Made by a program: the position numbers and the translations under genes. A model generated the notes under the pieces. It saw only the letters and a program-made list of their open reading frames with translations. It made no database searches and had not been told where the DNA came from. A DNA stretch of 64,000 nt, taken from Longimicrobiales bacterium. GTDB taxonomy: Bacteria; Gemmatimonadota; Gemmatimonadetes; Longimicrobiales; Gaopeijiaceae. Every line of letters starts with the position of its first letter. Within the stretch, counting starts at the first letter, position 1. Of the stretch, positions 30,363 through 40,562 are shown piece after piece. The stretch lies in assembly GCA_965226375.1 (NCBI GenBank), contig CBDDCX010000008.1, forward strand, positions 672,001-736,000, in the 5' to 3' direction.

Positions 30363-30590
30363 ATGCCCACGGCGACCACGCGATTCACGAATGAGAAGGC
30401 CCCTTGCGGTCAGGTCGGAGACGGAGAGCGCTTCCGTGATTGGGACGACGAGTGCGTGCTCAGAGACGACTTGTTCTTCGACTGCGGCTGCCGGATTATC
30501 CGCCACGAGTATCACGACGGAAGCGTTTCCCGCAGTGTGGTCCGCCACGACGGTACAGTCCTGGAAGACGAGCTCATTGGCGCGCAATAA
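30363..30590 (+). CDS. Small Cys/His-containing hypothetical protein upstream of frdA
   Basis: AGGAG RBS; MPTATTRFTNEKAPCG...CGCRIIRHEYHDGS; 21 bp from frdA. Confidence 0.6.
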   Translation: MPTATTRFTNEKAPCGQVGDGERFRDWDDECVLRDDLFFDCGCRIIRHEYHDGSVSRSVVRHDGTVLEDELIGAQ

Positions 30591-30611
30591 GGCTCGATTC
30601 CGGGTCGCGTC

Positions 30612-32351
30612 GTGATCGCCTCTCATGACGTAGTACTGGTGGGGGGCGGCGGAGCGGGATTGCGAGCGGCCATCGCCATCGCGGAAACCAACCCAAACCT
30701 CAGCATCGCCGTCGTCTCCAAGGTTTATCCCATGCGCAGCCACACGGTGTCGGCGGAGGGGGGAGCTGCGGGGGTAGTGGCCGCGGACGACTCCCTCGAC
30801 GAGCACGCCTACGACACCATCTCCGGTGGCGATTGGATGTGCGATCAAGACGCCGTCGAAGCGTTCGTGAGAGAGGCGCCCGACGAGCTGCTCCGGTTGG
30901 AGCACTGGGGTTGTCCCTGGAGCCGCACGCCCGAGGGCACAGTTGCCGTGCGTCCGTTCGGCGGCATGAAGAACAAACGAACGTGGTACGCGGCCGACAA
31001 GACCGGCTTCCACATGCTCCACACGCTGTTCCAAACCTCACTCAAATACACGAGCGTCGTACGCTACGACGAGTGGTTCGTGACGAAGCTCCTGGTCGAT
31101 GATGGCCGGGTCCAAGGCGTCGTGGTGCTGGAGCTGATGTCTGGAAGGGTCGAGCCGATTCTGGCTAAGGCCGTCATTCTGTGCACGGGCGGGTGCGGCC
31201 GCGTGTTTCCGTTCACCACCAACGCGAGCATCAAGACCGGCGACGGCATGGCGTTGGCCTACACGGCCGGCGCCCCGCTAAAGGACATGGAGTTCGTCCA
31301 GTATCACCCGACGGGTCTCCCGTTCACCGGCATCCTGATCACCGAGGCCTCGCGGGCCGAGGGAGGCTGGCTGCTCAACAAAGACGGCTACCGCTACCTG
31401 CAGGACTACAACCTGGGCACACCGGAGCCGAAGCCGGTTCTAAAAAGCATGGAGTTGGGACCTCGGGACCGTCTGTCCCAAGCCTTCGTCAAAGAGGTGG
31501 AGAAGGGGCGGGCCGTCGACGGCCCCTACGGCGCGGTGGTCCACCTCGACCTGCGGCATTTGGGTAAGAAGGTCATCGACACGAAGATCCCGTTCGTGCG
31601 GGAGCTGTGTCGGAAATACCAGAATATCGATCCGGTCACGGAGTTGATTCCGGTGCGGCCGGTCATCCATTACATGATGGGGGGGGTCCACACCGACATC
31701 GAGGGTGCCACCCCTCTGGCCGGGCTGTACGCGGCCGGTGAGGTTGCGTGCGTGAACATCAACGGCGCAAACCGCCTGGGGTCCAACTCCCTGACGGAGC
31801 TGCTCGTGTTCGGCGCGCGCGCCGGCCGTGCAGCGGCGGAGTATGCGTCCACCCGGACAGATCCGAGCTCCATCCTTCTGGCGCAGGCAGAGGACGAAAA
31901 ACGGCGTTTGGAGCGTGACTTCCTGCACAAGACGGATGGCACGGAACGCTCCGCGACGATTCGCGAGGAGATGCAGGAGACCATGGAGCAGGCCGCGGGC
32001 ATCTATCGCTCGGGTGCGGGACTGACCCGGGCGGCCGACCGGCTGCGCGAGCTGCAGGAGCGCTTTCGTAACGTGGCCGTGCAGGATAGCAGCCGAACGT
32101 TCAACACGGAGCTGACCTCCGTCTTGGAGCTGTCCTCCATGCTCGACGTTGCCGAGTCGATGATCCACTCCGCGTTGTGGCGCGAAGAATCCCGGGGCGC
32201 ACACCAAAGGACCGATTTCACCGATCGTGACGACGAGCGTTTCCTGGCGCACTCGCTCACCTATCGTAATTCCGACGGCTCTTCCCGGGTCGAATCTCTG
32301 CCGGTGACGATCACCCGGTGGCCCCCTGCTGAGCGAGTTTACGGGAGGTAG
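30612..32351 (+). CDS. frdA: Fumarate reductase flavoprotein subunit
   Basis: [10 protein letters not shown] (covalent FAD His), [22 protein letters not shown] and ESRGAH motifs. Confidence 0.93.
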   Translation: MIASHDVVLVGGGGAGLRAAIAIAETNPNLSIAVVSKVYPMRSHTVSAEGGAAGVVAADDSLDEHAYDTISGGDWMCDQDAVEAFVREAPDELLRLEHWGCPWSRTPEGTVAVRPFGGMKNKRTWYAADKTGFHMLHTLFQTSLKYTSVVRYDEWFVTKLLVDDGRVQGVVVLELMSGRVEPILAKAVILCTGGCGRVFPFTTNASIKTGDGMALAYTAGAPLKDMEFVQYHPTGLPFTGILITEASRAEGGWLLNKDGYRYLQDYNLGTPEPKPVLKSMELGPRDRLSQAFVKEVEKGRAVDGPYGAVVHLDLRHLGKKVIDTKIPFVRELCRKYQNIDPVTELIPVRPVIHYMMGGVHTDIEGATPLAGLYAAGEVACVNINGANRLGSNSLTELLVFGARAGRAAAEYASTRTDPSSILLAQAEDEKRRLERDFLHKTDGTERSATIREEMQETMEQAAGIYRSGAGLTRAADRLRELQERFRNVAVQDSSRTFNTELTSVLELSSMLDVAESMIHSALWREESRGAHQRTDFTDRDDERFLAHSLTYRNSDGSSRVESLPVTITRWPPAERVYGR

Positions 32352-32356
32352 TAGCT

Positions 32357-33100
32357 GTGGATGACCGTATCACCATGCGGCTGGCGCGGTACCGTCCCGA
32401 GGAGGAAGCCGAGCCGACGTTCGAGGAATACGAGGTGCCGTGCCACAAAGATTGGGTGGTGCTCGACGCTCTGAACTACATCAAGGACCAGCTGGACGGC
32501 ACGCTGTCGTACCGTTGGTCGTGTCGCATGGGCATCTGCGGTAGTTGTGGCATGACCGTCAACGGAGAGCCGAAGCTGACCTGCGAGACGTTTCTCACCG
32601 ACTACGCGCCGGGCCCAGTGCGTCTCGAGCCGCTGCAAAATTTCCCCGTCATCCGGGACCTCATCGTCGAGATGACGGACTTCATGGAAAAGCTCACGAC
32701 GATCAAGCCCTGGATCGTCCGCGATGAGGAGCGGCCTCTAGCCGAAGGAGAGTACAGGCAGACGCCGGAGGAACTGAGCGAGTACAAGCAGTACAGCATG
32801 TGTATCAATTGCATGCTTTGCTACGCCGCCTGCCCGGTGTACGGCCTCGACCCACATTTCCTCGGGCCGGCCGTGATCGCACTGGCGCAGCGGTACAATC
32901 TCGACTCGCGCGACGAGGGATCCGCTGAGCGGCTGGACCTTCTCTCCCAGCACGAGGGAATCTGGGGGTGCACCTTCGTGGGCGAGTGTACGAAGGTCTG
33001 TCCGAAGAACGTCGATCCCGCCGGTGCCATTCAGCGCTACAAGCTGGATGCGGCGCTGACCACGCTCAAGGATTTGCTTTTGCCGTGGGGCGCCAAATGA
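32357..33100 (+). CDS. frdB: Fumarate reductase iron-sulfur subunit
   Basis: [21 protein letters not shown] and [12 protein letters not shown] motifs. Confidence 0.93.
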   Translation: MDDRITMRLARYRPEEEAEPTFEEYEVPCHKDWVVLDALNYIKDQLDGTLSYRWSCRMGICGSCGMTVNGEPKLTCETFLTDYAPGPVRLEPLQNFPVIRDLIVEMTDFMEKLTTIKPWIVRDEERPLAEGEYRQTPEELSEYKQYSMCINCMLCYAACPVYGLDPHFLGPAVIALAQRYNLDSRDEGSAERLDLLSQHEGIWGCTFVGECTKVCPKNVDPAGAIQRYKLDAALTTLKDLLLPWGAK

Positions 33101-33519
33101 GCGAGCAACCGACATACACGCGTTTCCACCCACGCTGGTATCGTCCGCGGATTTCCACGTGGTGGTGGTTGAAGCGTCCGTCCTCGTTCGTGTTCATCTT
33201 GCGCGAGCTGAGCAGCATGTTCGTGGCATGGTTCGTCGTCTTCTTTCTGGTGCTGGTCGCTGCAGCGGGGCGCGGAGAGGCGGCTTACCAGGAGTTCATG
33301 CGTTGGACCGCGCACCCGGGCGTCGTACTCGTCAACCTCGTCAGCTTGTTCTTCGTCCTATTTCACGCCGTCACCTGGTTCAACCTGGCACCCCGGGCAA
33401 TGGTGCTGCGCCTGCGAGGCAAGCGAGTGCCGGGGACACTGATCGCCGCTTCCAACTACGGCGCGTGGGTGGTGACGTCTCTCCTGGTGGCGTGGATCAT
33501 CCTCGCCGGGTCGAGGTAG
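33097..33519 (+). CDS. frdC: Fumarate reductase subunit C
   Basis: TWWWLK...LRELSS and [11 protein letters not shown] motifs; ATGA overlap. Confidence 0.88.
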   Translation: MSEQPTYTRFHPRWYRPRISTWWWLKRPSSFVFILRELSSMFVAWFVVFFLVLVAAAGRGEAAYQEFMRWTAHPGVVLVNLVSLFFVLFHAVTWFNLAPRAMVLRLRGKRVPGTLIAASNYGAWVVTSLLVAWIILAGSR

Positions 33520-33521
33520 CG

Positions 33522-33875
33522 ATGGTAAGGCGAACGCTCGAGCCGATCTTGTGGATTCTCTTCAGCACCGGCGGTGTGGTGGCCGCTCTGGTGATCCCGG
33601 TCCTGCTGTTCCTGTTCGGCCTCGCCTTCCCCCTCGGCTGGCTCTCGCCCCCCAGCCATGCCCACTTGCTTGCGGTGTTGGGTCACCCGATTGGGCGTGC
33701 TACCATATTCGTCTCGTGCACGCTGTTATTGTTTCACTGGGCGCACCGCTTTCGCTACACACTGTACGACGGGTTGCAGACGAAGCACCTGAACGAGTTG
33801 ATCGCCCTGCTGTGTTACGGGGGCGTGCTCGTCGGTACCGTTTCTGCAGGGTATCTCGTCCTTCAGCTTCCGTAG
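33522..33875 (+). CDS. frdD: Fumarate reductase subunit D
   Basis: EPILWILFSTGG, FHWAHRFRY and CYG motifs. Confidence 0.88.
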   Translation: MVRRTLEPILWILFSTGGVVAALVIPVLLFLFGLAFPLGWLSPPSHAHLLAVLGHPIGRATIFVSCTLLLFHWAHRFRYTLYDGLQTKHLNELIALLCYGGVLVGTVSAGYLVLQLP

Positions 33876-33877
33876 CC

Positions 33878-33925
33878 ATGTCCGATCCCGTCTCCTGCCT
33901 GAACGCTGCCCTGGAAGGTCGCTAC
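33878..33925 (+). pseudogene. Kinase N-terminal stub MSDPVSCLNAALEGRY
   Basis: Starts 2 bp after the frdD stop; direct repeat of 30077-30124. Confidence 0.75.
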
Positions 33926-33944
33926 CGATGCAGCTAATGCAACG

Positions 33945-34292
33945 GGCGCGGACGCCAACCTGGAAGCACGGGTTCGGTCTGCGCTCTCGCTTGGCGCTCA
34001 GTATGATCTCACCTGCCGCCTGGTATCTGGGCTGAGGAGATTGGATGCCTCACAGGCCGGGATCGTGAGCCTGGTTGGGATCCAGAATCTCACAAGCCTG
34101 ACAGACCTCCGCCTTCGCGACAACTCGATCACTGACCTCAGCGCGTTGAGCGGGCTCACAGGCCTGACGAGCCTCCGCCTCGGCAACAATGCGTTCACAG
34201 ACATGAGGGCGTTGAGTGGGCTCACGAGCCTGACGTTTCTAGGCCTCGACGACAACTCATCCCCCTCGTCCATGATGTCAGGTTTGGCATAG
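33945..34292 (+). pseudogene. Internalin-like leucine-rich-repeat fragment
   Basis: DANLEARVRSAL cap, then 22-aa LRRs (LTSLTDLRLRDNSITDLSALSG); no start codon or signal peptide. Confidence 0.75.
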
Positions 34293-34323
34293 CTTTTGGG
34301 TGCGTGGGCCGAGCGCCCGTTGA

Positions 34324-36267
34324 TCAGGCCGGCTCGGGCTCACTCTTCGTCGGAGAGTTCAGGGTAAAGTAGAACGTGGCTCCCTCGCCCGGTTCGGCCT
34401 GGACCCATACACGTCCCCCATGGCGCTGTACGATGCGATCCACGGTGGCCAGGCCGATCCCAGCACCCGGAAATCCCTCCTGGGAATGCAGGCGCCGGAA
34501 GGGGGTGAATAGGCTGTCTGCGTAGGCCATGTCGAGGCCGACGCCGTTGTCTTCCACGAAGTAGGCCGTGGCTCCGTTCTCCTCCCGGGCTCCGACCCGA
34601 ATCCGCGCGTCCCGCGGTCGTTTGCTCGTGAACTTCCAGGCGTTTCCAAGGAGGTTCTCGAGCACGGAACGGATCAAGCGGGGGTCGGTGTGGGCAAGTA
34701 GGTTCGGTTCGATCTCCACGGAAGTGAGGCGGGACGGATCGCGTTCCATCAACGCGTCGACCACTGACTGGGCCAGTGCCGACAGATCGATTTCCTCGGT
34801 GGCCAGCGTTCCTCTCGTGGCCCGCGAGAGGCCCAGGAGACCGTCGATGAGGTGCCCCATGTCGAGGCCGGCGGCGTGGATGCGTTGCAGGTAGTCGATG
34901 CCGTCCTCGCTCAGGGTTTCCGTGTGGCGTTCCAAGAGTTCTTCGCTGAAGCCGACCATACTCTGCAAGGGCGCCCGGAGGTCGTGGGAGACCGAGTACG
35001 AGAACGTCTCCAGCTCGGCGATGGTGGCCTCCAGGTCGGCACTCCTCTGTTGGATCTCGGTCTCCGCTCGGACTCGCTCGGTCGCGTCGTGGATAATGCC
35101 CACGAACAGACGTCGCTCTCCCAGCAACATCTCACTCACGGCCAGGTCGATGGGAAATACCGTGCCGCCTCGTCGTTGTCCCTCGACCCGTCGACGTGAC
35201 CCGATGATGTGCTTTCGCCCGGTATTGACGTATGCATCGATGTATGCGTCATGCCGACCTCGGTCCGGCTCCGGCATGAGGAGCTTGATGTTGCGTCCGA
35301 TGGCCTCGGCGGCGGAGAGGTCGAACATGCCTTCGGCCGCGGGGTTGAACTCCCGAACGGTGCCCAACTCGTCGACCGTGACGATACCGTCGAGCGCGTT
35401 GTCGACCACGCTCCGGACGCGCGCCGGACTCTCCTCGGCCTGCCGAAACAGCGCGAGCATGCTGATGAGCAACCCCACCAGGACCAGGAGGTAGCTCACC
35501 TTCTTGAGGGTGTGGGCAATGTCGAACTCGATATCGAACAGTTGGTCCGAAAAGGACATGAAGACCGCCTGGCCCACCACGCCGACGATCAAGGAGAGAA
35601 CCAGCCAGTGCTCGAAGGTGTCGTGTCGCCAGGCGCCCTTCTTCAAGTAACCCGTGAGCGCGACGGCGAAGAACAGGGCGGGACCGAACTCCTCCGGGCG
35701 GTGGAAGAAGAGGTCCGGATAGTAGGCGTCCGGCAAAGGGACGAACGCAAAGAAAAGAAAAGCCGTCGCTGTCAGGAGTCCCGAGACCACATATACGGAA
35801 CGCTCCCCGATGAGTCCCCAGCGCCCCCGCCTTTGCTCATGGAGCCATGCCGCCCAACTCAGTGTGAGCATGATCGACAGAAACAGCCTCGAAGCGATCC
35901 AGCTCCAGGTGATGAGCGAGGGAAGGTCCGACGGGAGGTAGGCCGCGAAGAAGCTCGAGGTTACTACCGCGTGGTACCCATCGAGGAGGGCGGTGCCCAG
36001 GAAGCCCGCCCCGATGAAGAGGAAGGTGTTGTTCTTCTTGCTGTAGAAACGCACCAGCGCGATGACGCCCACCGCCAGGGCCAGAAGAGTGGCCGCGGTT
36101 TCCATGAGCGTATGGAGCTCCGTACTACCGAGCCAGGTGGCGTTCCGGGCGAACGGGTAACTGAGAGCGAGGGCCGTGCCGAGGATCCAATACGACTGGA
36201 TACGACGGTTGACGGCCGGGTTCACGAGCCCCTCGGGTGAGCTCGTGTCGAGGGTCAACGGATTCAT
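34324..36267 (-). CDS. Multi-TM sensor + FixL-like PAS histidine kinase
   Basis: About 7-8 TM N-terminal helices; PAS FNPAAEGMF..LMPEPDRGRHDAYI; SHDLRAPL H-box; NAWKF, DNGVG and GIGLA boxes. Confidence 0.9.
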   Translation of the reverse strand: MNPLTLDTSSPEGLVNPAVNRRIQSYWILGTALALSYPFARNATWLGSTELHTLMETAATLLALAVGVIALVRFYSKKNNTFLFIGAGFLGTALLDGYHAVVTSSFFAAYLPSDLPSLITWSWIASRLFLSIMLTLSWAAWLHEQRRGRWGLIGERSVYVVSGLLTATAFLFFAFVPLPDAYYPDLFFHRPEEFGPALFFAVALTGYLKKGAWRHDTFEHWLVLSLIVGVVGQAVFMSFSDQLFDIEFDIAHTLKKVSYLLVLVGLLISMLALFRQAEESPARVRSVVDNALDGIVTVDELGTVREFNPAAEGMFDLSAAEAIGRNIKLLMPEPDRGRHDAYIDAYVNTGRKHIIGSRRRVEGQRRGGTVFPIDLAVSEMLLGERRLFVGIIHDATERVRAETEIQQRSADLEATIAELETFSYSVSHDLRAPLQSMVGFSEELLERHTETLSEDGIDYLQRIHAAGLDMGHLIDGLLGLSRATRGTLATEEIDLSALAQSVVDALMERDPSRLTSVEIEPNLLAHTDPRLIRSVLENLLGNAWKFTSKRPRDARIRVGAREENGATAYFVEDNGVGLDMAYADSLFTPFRRLHSQEGFPGAGIGLATVDRIVQRHGGRVWVQAEPGEGATFYFTLNSPTKSEPEPA

Positions 36268-36458
36268 TACGGCTGGGGTCTCCCCGAACGCATGTTTAGG
36301 ATCGTGGTTAGTATGCCCCGCGACCGCGGGATTCGGAATTGGACTTTGGTCCTACGGCCCGAGTCTGGGCGGGTACGGTGGTCGGACCCCGAACCCCACC
36401 GTAGAATGGGGTGCCCTCCGCCGCACCGATCACATCTCAACTCCCTAGGAAACCAGCG

Positions 36459-38714
36459 ATGAAGAAGCTGCTCCTCACGTTCGCATTGATCACTCTGGCG
36501 TGCTCTTCGCAGCGCGAGTCCACCGACGAAGTCGCCCGTTGGGAGGCGCGCGCCGAGGGGATCACGATCATTCGGGACGATTGGGGCGTACCTCATATCT
36601 ATGGGCAGACGGACGCGGATGCGGTCTTCGGGCTCATGTATGCCCAGGCCGAAGACGACTGCAACCGCATCGAGGTCAACTTCCTGAACTCCCAGGGTCG
36701 CCTGGCTGAAGCCGAGGGCGAGGGTGAGGTCTGGCGGGACCTGCGGATGAAGCTCTTCATCGACCCCGCCGATATGCAGGAGATGTACGCCGACAGTCCG
36801 GAGTGGCTGCAGGCTCTCATGGACTCCTGGGCCGACGGCCTCAACTACTACCTGCATACCCACCCGGACGTCCGGCCGAGGGTTCTTGCCCGCTTCGAGC
36901 CCTGGATGGCGTTGAGCTTCAGTGAAGGCAGCATCGGTGGGGACATCGAGCGGGTGAATCTCGAGCGGCTCGAGGCCTTCTACGGAGACCCCGAGGGCCA
37001 GATGGCCGCCGTTATTCCGTCACAGGATTTGGCCGGGCCGTCGGGAGCGAGGATGGCCGTGGCCCGCACACCCAATCCCAGGGTCGCGAGCGCCCTGGTC
37101 GAGTCCGACCCCTATGCCGAGCCGGAGGGCTCCAACGGGTTCGCGATCGCTCCATCCAACACCGTGAACGGCAACGCGCTGCTCCTCATCAACCCACACA
37201 CGTCCTTCTTCTTCCGCCACGAGGCGCACGTGGTCAGTGAAGAGGGCCTGAACGCCTACGGCGCGCTCACGTGGGGACAGTTCTTCGTGTACCAGGGGTT
37301 CAACGAGACGACGGGCTGGATGCATACGTCGAGTGGAGTAGACAACATCGACGAGTACCTGGAGACGGTCGTCGAGCGAGACGGTCAGCTCGTTTACCTC
37401 TATGGGGACGAGGAGCGACAGGTCGATATGCGTACCGTCACGGTGTCGTACAAGACCGACACCGGCATGTCGGCACGGGAGTTCACGATCTACCGGACAC
37501 ATCACGGCCTGATCGTGCGGGCAGTCGACGGTCGGTGGGTGAGTGTGGCGCTCATGGAGGAGCCGATACGAGCTCTCATCCAGTCCTACTCCCGCACCAA
37601 GGCGGCCAACTACGACGAATTCGTCGAGACGATGTCGACGCACACGAACTCCTCGAACAACACGGTGTTCGCGGATGCCGAAGGCAACATCGCCTACTTC
37701 CACTCGAACTTCATTCCCGTTCGGGACACGCGCTTCAACTGGCTCGAGCCCGTGGACGGCAGCGATCCGGCCACTGATTGGCAGGGCGTGCACACGCTCG
37801 AAGAGACTCCGGGGTCTCACAATCCGTCCAACGGGTGGATTCAGAACACGAACAACTGGCCGTTCTCGGTGAGCGGTCCCACGAGTCCGAATCGGGAGGA
37901 CTTTCCGGTCTACGTACAGCGCAGTGGGGAGAACGCCCGCGGACTACATGCCATACGGGTGCTCGAGGGAAAGACGGACTTCACGGTTCAGGGATTGATC
38001 GACGCCGCGTTCGACAGCTACATGACGTGGTTCGAGCCGATGATCCCGGCTCTGCTGGGTGACTACGACGCGCTCCCGGGGTCCGACTCCCGGAAGAGTC
38101 GACTCGCCGACCAGATCTCGCTGCTGAGGGACTGGGATCTACGCTGGGGCGTCGAGTCCATCGAGACCTCGTTGGCGATCTTCTGGGCCGATGCCCTCAT
38201 GCGTCAGGCGGGTGACGCGGCCCAGAGCGCCGGAGTGTCGATCTCGGACTACATCGCCACGTCGGCGGCGGCCCGCCTTCGGCTGGAGGCTTTGGCCTCC
38301 GCAACGAATCGCTTGGCTGAGGACTTCGGTAGCTGGCGGACCCCTTGGGGGGAGATCAATCGATTCCAACGGCTCACCGGAGACATCGTCCAGCCGTTCA
38401 ACGACGATGGCCCGAGTGCCCCCGTGGGCTTCGCGTCATCCCGCTGGGGCTCCTTGGCCTCATTCGGTGCGCGGCCGTACGAAGACACTAAGAGGTGGTA
38501 CGGCACGAGCGGAAACAGCTTTGTGGCCGTAGTGGAATTCGGCGATCGCTTGCGGGCGCGGGCGGTCACGGCCGGTGGCCTGAACGACCAACCGTCATCG
38601 CCACACTTCAACGATCAGACGGAGCGCTACTCGACGGGAGATCTCCGAGAGGTCCGGTTCTACCGCGAGGACGTGGAAGCGAATGCCGAGCGGGAGTATC
38701 GGCCGGGAGGCTAG
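36459..38714 (+). CDS. Penicillin acylase family Ntn hydrolase (S45), lipoprotein
   Basis: RDDWGVPHI, YAQAED, GSNGFA (nucleophile Ser) and LLINPH motifs; lipobox LAC. Confidence 0.9.
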   Translation: MKKLLLTFALITLACSSQRESTDEVARWEARAEGITIIRDDWGVPHIYGQTDADAVFGLMYAQAEDDCNRIEVNFLNSQGRLAEAEGEGEVWRDLRMKLFIDPADMQEMYADSPEWLQALMDSWADGLNYYLHTHPDVRPRVLARFEPWMALSFSEGSIGGDIERVNLERLEAFYGDPEGQMAAVIPSQDLAGPSGARMAVARTPNPRVASALVESDPYAEPEGSNGFAIAPSNTVNGNALLLINPHTSFFFRHEAHVVSEEGLNAYGALTWGQFFVYQGFNETTGWMHTSSGVDNIDEYLETVVERDGQLVYLYGDEERQVDMRTVTVSYKTDTGMSAREFTIYRTHHGLIVRAVDGRWVSVALMEEPIRALIQSYSRTKAANYDEFVETMSTHTNSSNNTVFADAEGNIAYFHSNFIPVRDTRFNWLEPVDGSDPATDWQGVHTLEETPGSHNPSNGWIQNTNNWPFSVSGPTSPNREDFPVYVQRSGENARGLHAIRVLEGKTDFTVQGLIDAAFDSYMTWFEPMIPALLGDYDALPGSDSRKSRLADQISLLRDWDLRWGVESIETSLAIFWADALMRQAGDAAQSAGVSISDYIATSAAARLRLEALASATNRLAEDFGSWRTPWGEINRFQRLTGDIVQPFNDDGPSAPVGFASSRWGSLASFGARPYEDTKRWYGTSGNSFVAVVEFGDRLRARAVTAGGLNDQPSSPHFNDQTERYSTGDLREVRFYREDVEANAEREYRPGG

Positions 38715-38738
38715 GACCTCGAGCGAAGAGACCGCATG

Positions 38739-39143
38739 CTACCGCCGAAAGACGAAGATGGTATTGTCGGACCGGAGAGTTACCGCCGAGGCCGTTACGA
38801 GCCCCGTGTCGACGCTCCCGTTGGGGCAGCTCACCGTGATGGCTCCATAGCTGTACGTGTACTCGCACTCCAAGGAGTTGTCGACTGTGGTCTCCACTCC
38901 GTCCTCCGTCGTGAGCAGAGTCAGTGCGACCCGGCAACTCGTGCCCTCACGTAGGATCAGGCTCCCGGCCGTAACCTCGGTCCTTGCGGGGCCCAGGCTG
39001 AGCAGCCTCCACGGAAGAGCTGCCCCGTTTACCGATTCGAGCGTGTAGGCGCCCGTCACGTCGATCTCGGTCGGGCCTAGACCGTCGCCCCGACAGCCGA
39101 GCAGGGAGAGGGCCGACAGAGCAACCAGTATCGTGCGGTGCAT
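38739..39143 (-). CDS. Hypothetical lipoprotein (beta-barrel, lipocalin-like)
   Basis: LSLLGC lipobox; VTGAYTLESVNG. Confidence 0.6.
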   Translation of the reverse strand: MHRTILVALSALSLLGCRGDGLGPTEIDVTGAYTLESVNGAALPWRLLSLGPARTEVTAGSLILREGTSCRVALTLLTTEDGVETTVDNSLECEYTYSYGAITVSCPNGSVDTGLVTASAVTLRSDNTIFVFRR

Positions 39144-39311
39144 GGACTCCACTCTCATGGGTTCGCCCAGAGCGGACGGACGCTCTGCACGAGCGTAGGG
39201 GCCCCCAGGGGGGTTAGCAAGCCAGCGCGGGAACTCACCCACGCTCTGGTGAGTTCCTAGCGTGATGCCCAGGCAGGCGACCTGCTGGACCGAGGGACGG
39301 TGCGGACAATC

Positions 39312-40436
39312 ATGAGACAGAGCCCTGCCAAGACGACGTTTGGACTTGTCGCCCTCGTCCTGATGACGACGGCGTGTGGTGAGTCAGCCGTGGTCGACCG
39401 CTTCCCTAAGCTCCAACGCGAAGAAGACGGCACCTGTAGCATTCCCGAGAGCCAGATCATGTCGGGAGGCGTTCCGATCGACGGGATTCCAGCCTTGTCC
39501 GATCCCGAGCTCGTCGGCGCCGCCGACCCGAACGCCAGCTACGTGCGAACGTGGGATCGCGTCATCGGCCTTCAGATCGACGGTACCTACATCGCGATCC
39601 CCCACAGTGTCCTGTGGTGGCACGAGATCGTGAACTTCAGTGCCTTTGAGACGCCCCTGGCTGTGACGTACTGTCCGCTCACGGGATCGAGTATGGTCTT
39701 CGATCGCACGGCCGCGGGCGGAGCCGAGTTCGGGGTTTCCGGTCTGCTCTTCAACAACAACCTGATTCTGTACGATCGCTCGGAGGACCAATCCTTATGG
39801 CCCCAGATGTTGCGGGGAGCGCGCTGTGGACCTCGCGACGGCCAGATGTTGGATATGGTGCCATCCATCGAGATGCGATGGGACTCGTGGGTGGAGCTTC
39901 ATCCGGATACGAAGGTGATATCGATTGCCAGCTCGCTCAACCGCAACTACCAGCAGTACCCATATGGGGACTACGAGAGCCTGTATAACGACAGGACGCT
40001 GTTCCCGCAGGGTGACTTCGATGGACGTCGTCCGCCGAAGGAGCGCGTGCTGGGGATTCCCTATGCGGATGGAGGGGGCATGGCCTTCCCGTTCAACGCA
40101 CTGGACTCGGGCGGAGACCGGGCGGTGGTCCACTCTCGGGTCGAAGGCAGGGAGATCGTCGTGTTCTGGGACCATGACTCCAAAGCCGCGGTAGCCTTCG
40201 AGACCACGCTCGAGGGTCAGGCTCTGGTCTTCGAGCTCGTTGAAGGACGGTACGTGGATGGACAGACGGGCAGTGAGTGGACTCTGGACGGACGGGCGAT
40301 CTCAGGTGGCCTGGAAGGCCAGCAGCTGGTCCAGGTCACGAACGGTTATGTGGCGTTCTGGTTTGCGTGGGCCACCTTTATACCGACCACGGACCTGTGG
40401 CTGACCCAGCGGCCGGTGCCTGAACTTTCCGACTAG
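39312..40436 (+). CDS. DUF3179 domain lipoprotein
   Basis: GGVPIDGIPAL, HEIVN, TYCPLTGS, FGVSGLL and FWFAW motifs. Confidence 0.85.
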   Translation: MRQSPAKTTFGLVALVLMTTACGESAVVDRFPKLQREEDGTCSIPESQIMSGGVPIDGIPALSDPELVGAADPNASYVRTWDRVIGLQIDGTYIAIPHSVLWWHEIVNFSAFETPLAVTYCPLTGSSMVFDRTAAGGAEFGVSGLLFNNNLILYDRSEDQSLWPQMLRGARCGPRDGQMLDMVPSIEMRWDSWVELHPDTKVISIASSLNRNYQQYPYGDYESLYNDRTLFPQGDFDGRRPPKERVLGIPYADGGGMAFPFNALDSGGDRAVVHSRVEGREIVVFWDHDSKAAVAFETTLEGQALVFELVEGRYVDGQTGSEWTLDGRAISGGLEGQQLVQVTNGYVAFWFAWATFIPTTDLWLTQRPVPELSD

Positions 40437-40562
40437 CGGCCATCTCTGGCCGGCACCGGGGGTGGCGCCCGGTTCTCGATCGCAGCAGCTTACCGTCCAA
40501 GTCCGCCGAGTGGGATCGTCAGGTCCACCACCCCTTACCAGCTCCCATTTGAACTGGTACCA

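Noticed and set aside
19162..33925. Diversity-generating retroelement or shufflon explaining the kinase repeats
   Set aside because: No reverse transcriptase or invertase is present, and the mismatches are not adenine-specific.
39312..40436. Selenoprotein recoding in DUF3179
   Set aside because: The ORF is uninterrupted, with Cys in YCPLTGS and no in-frame TGA.
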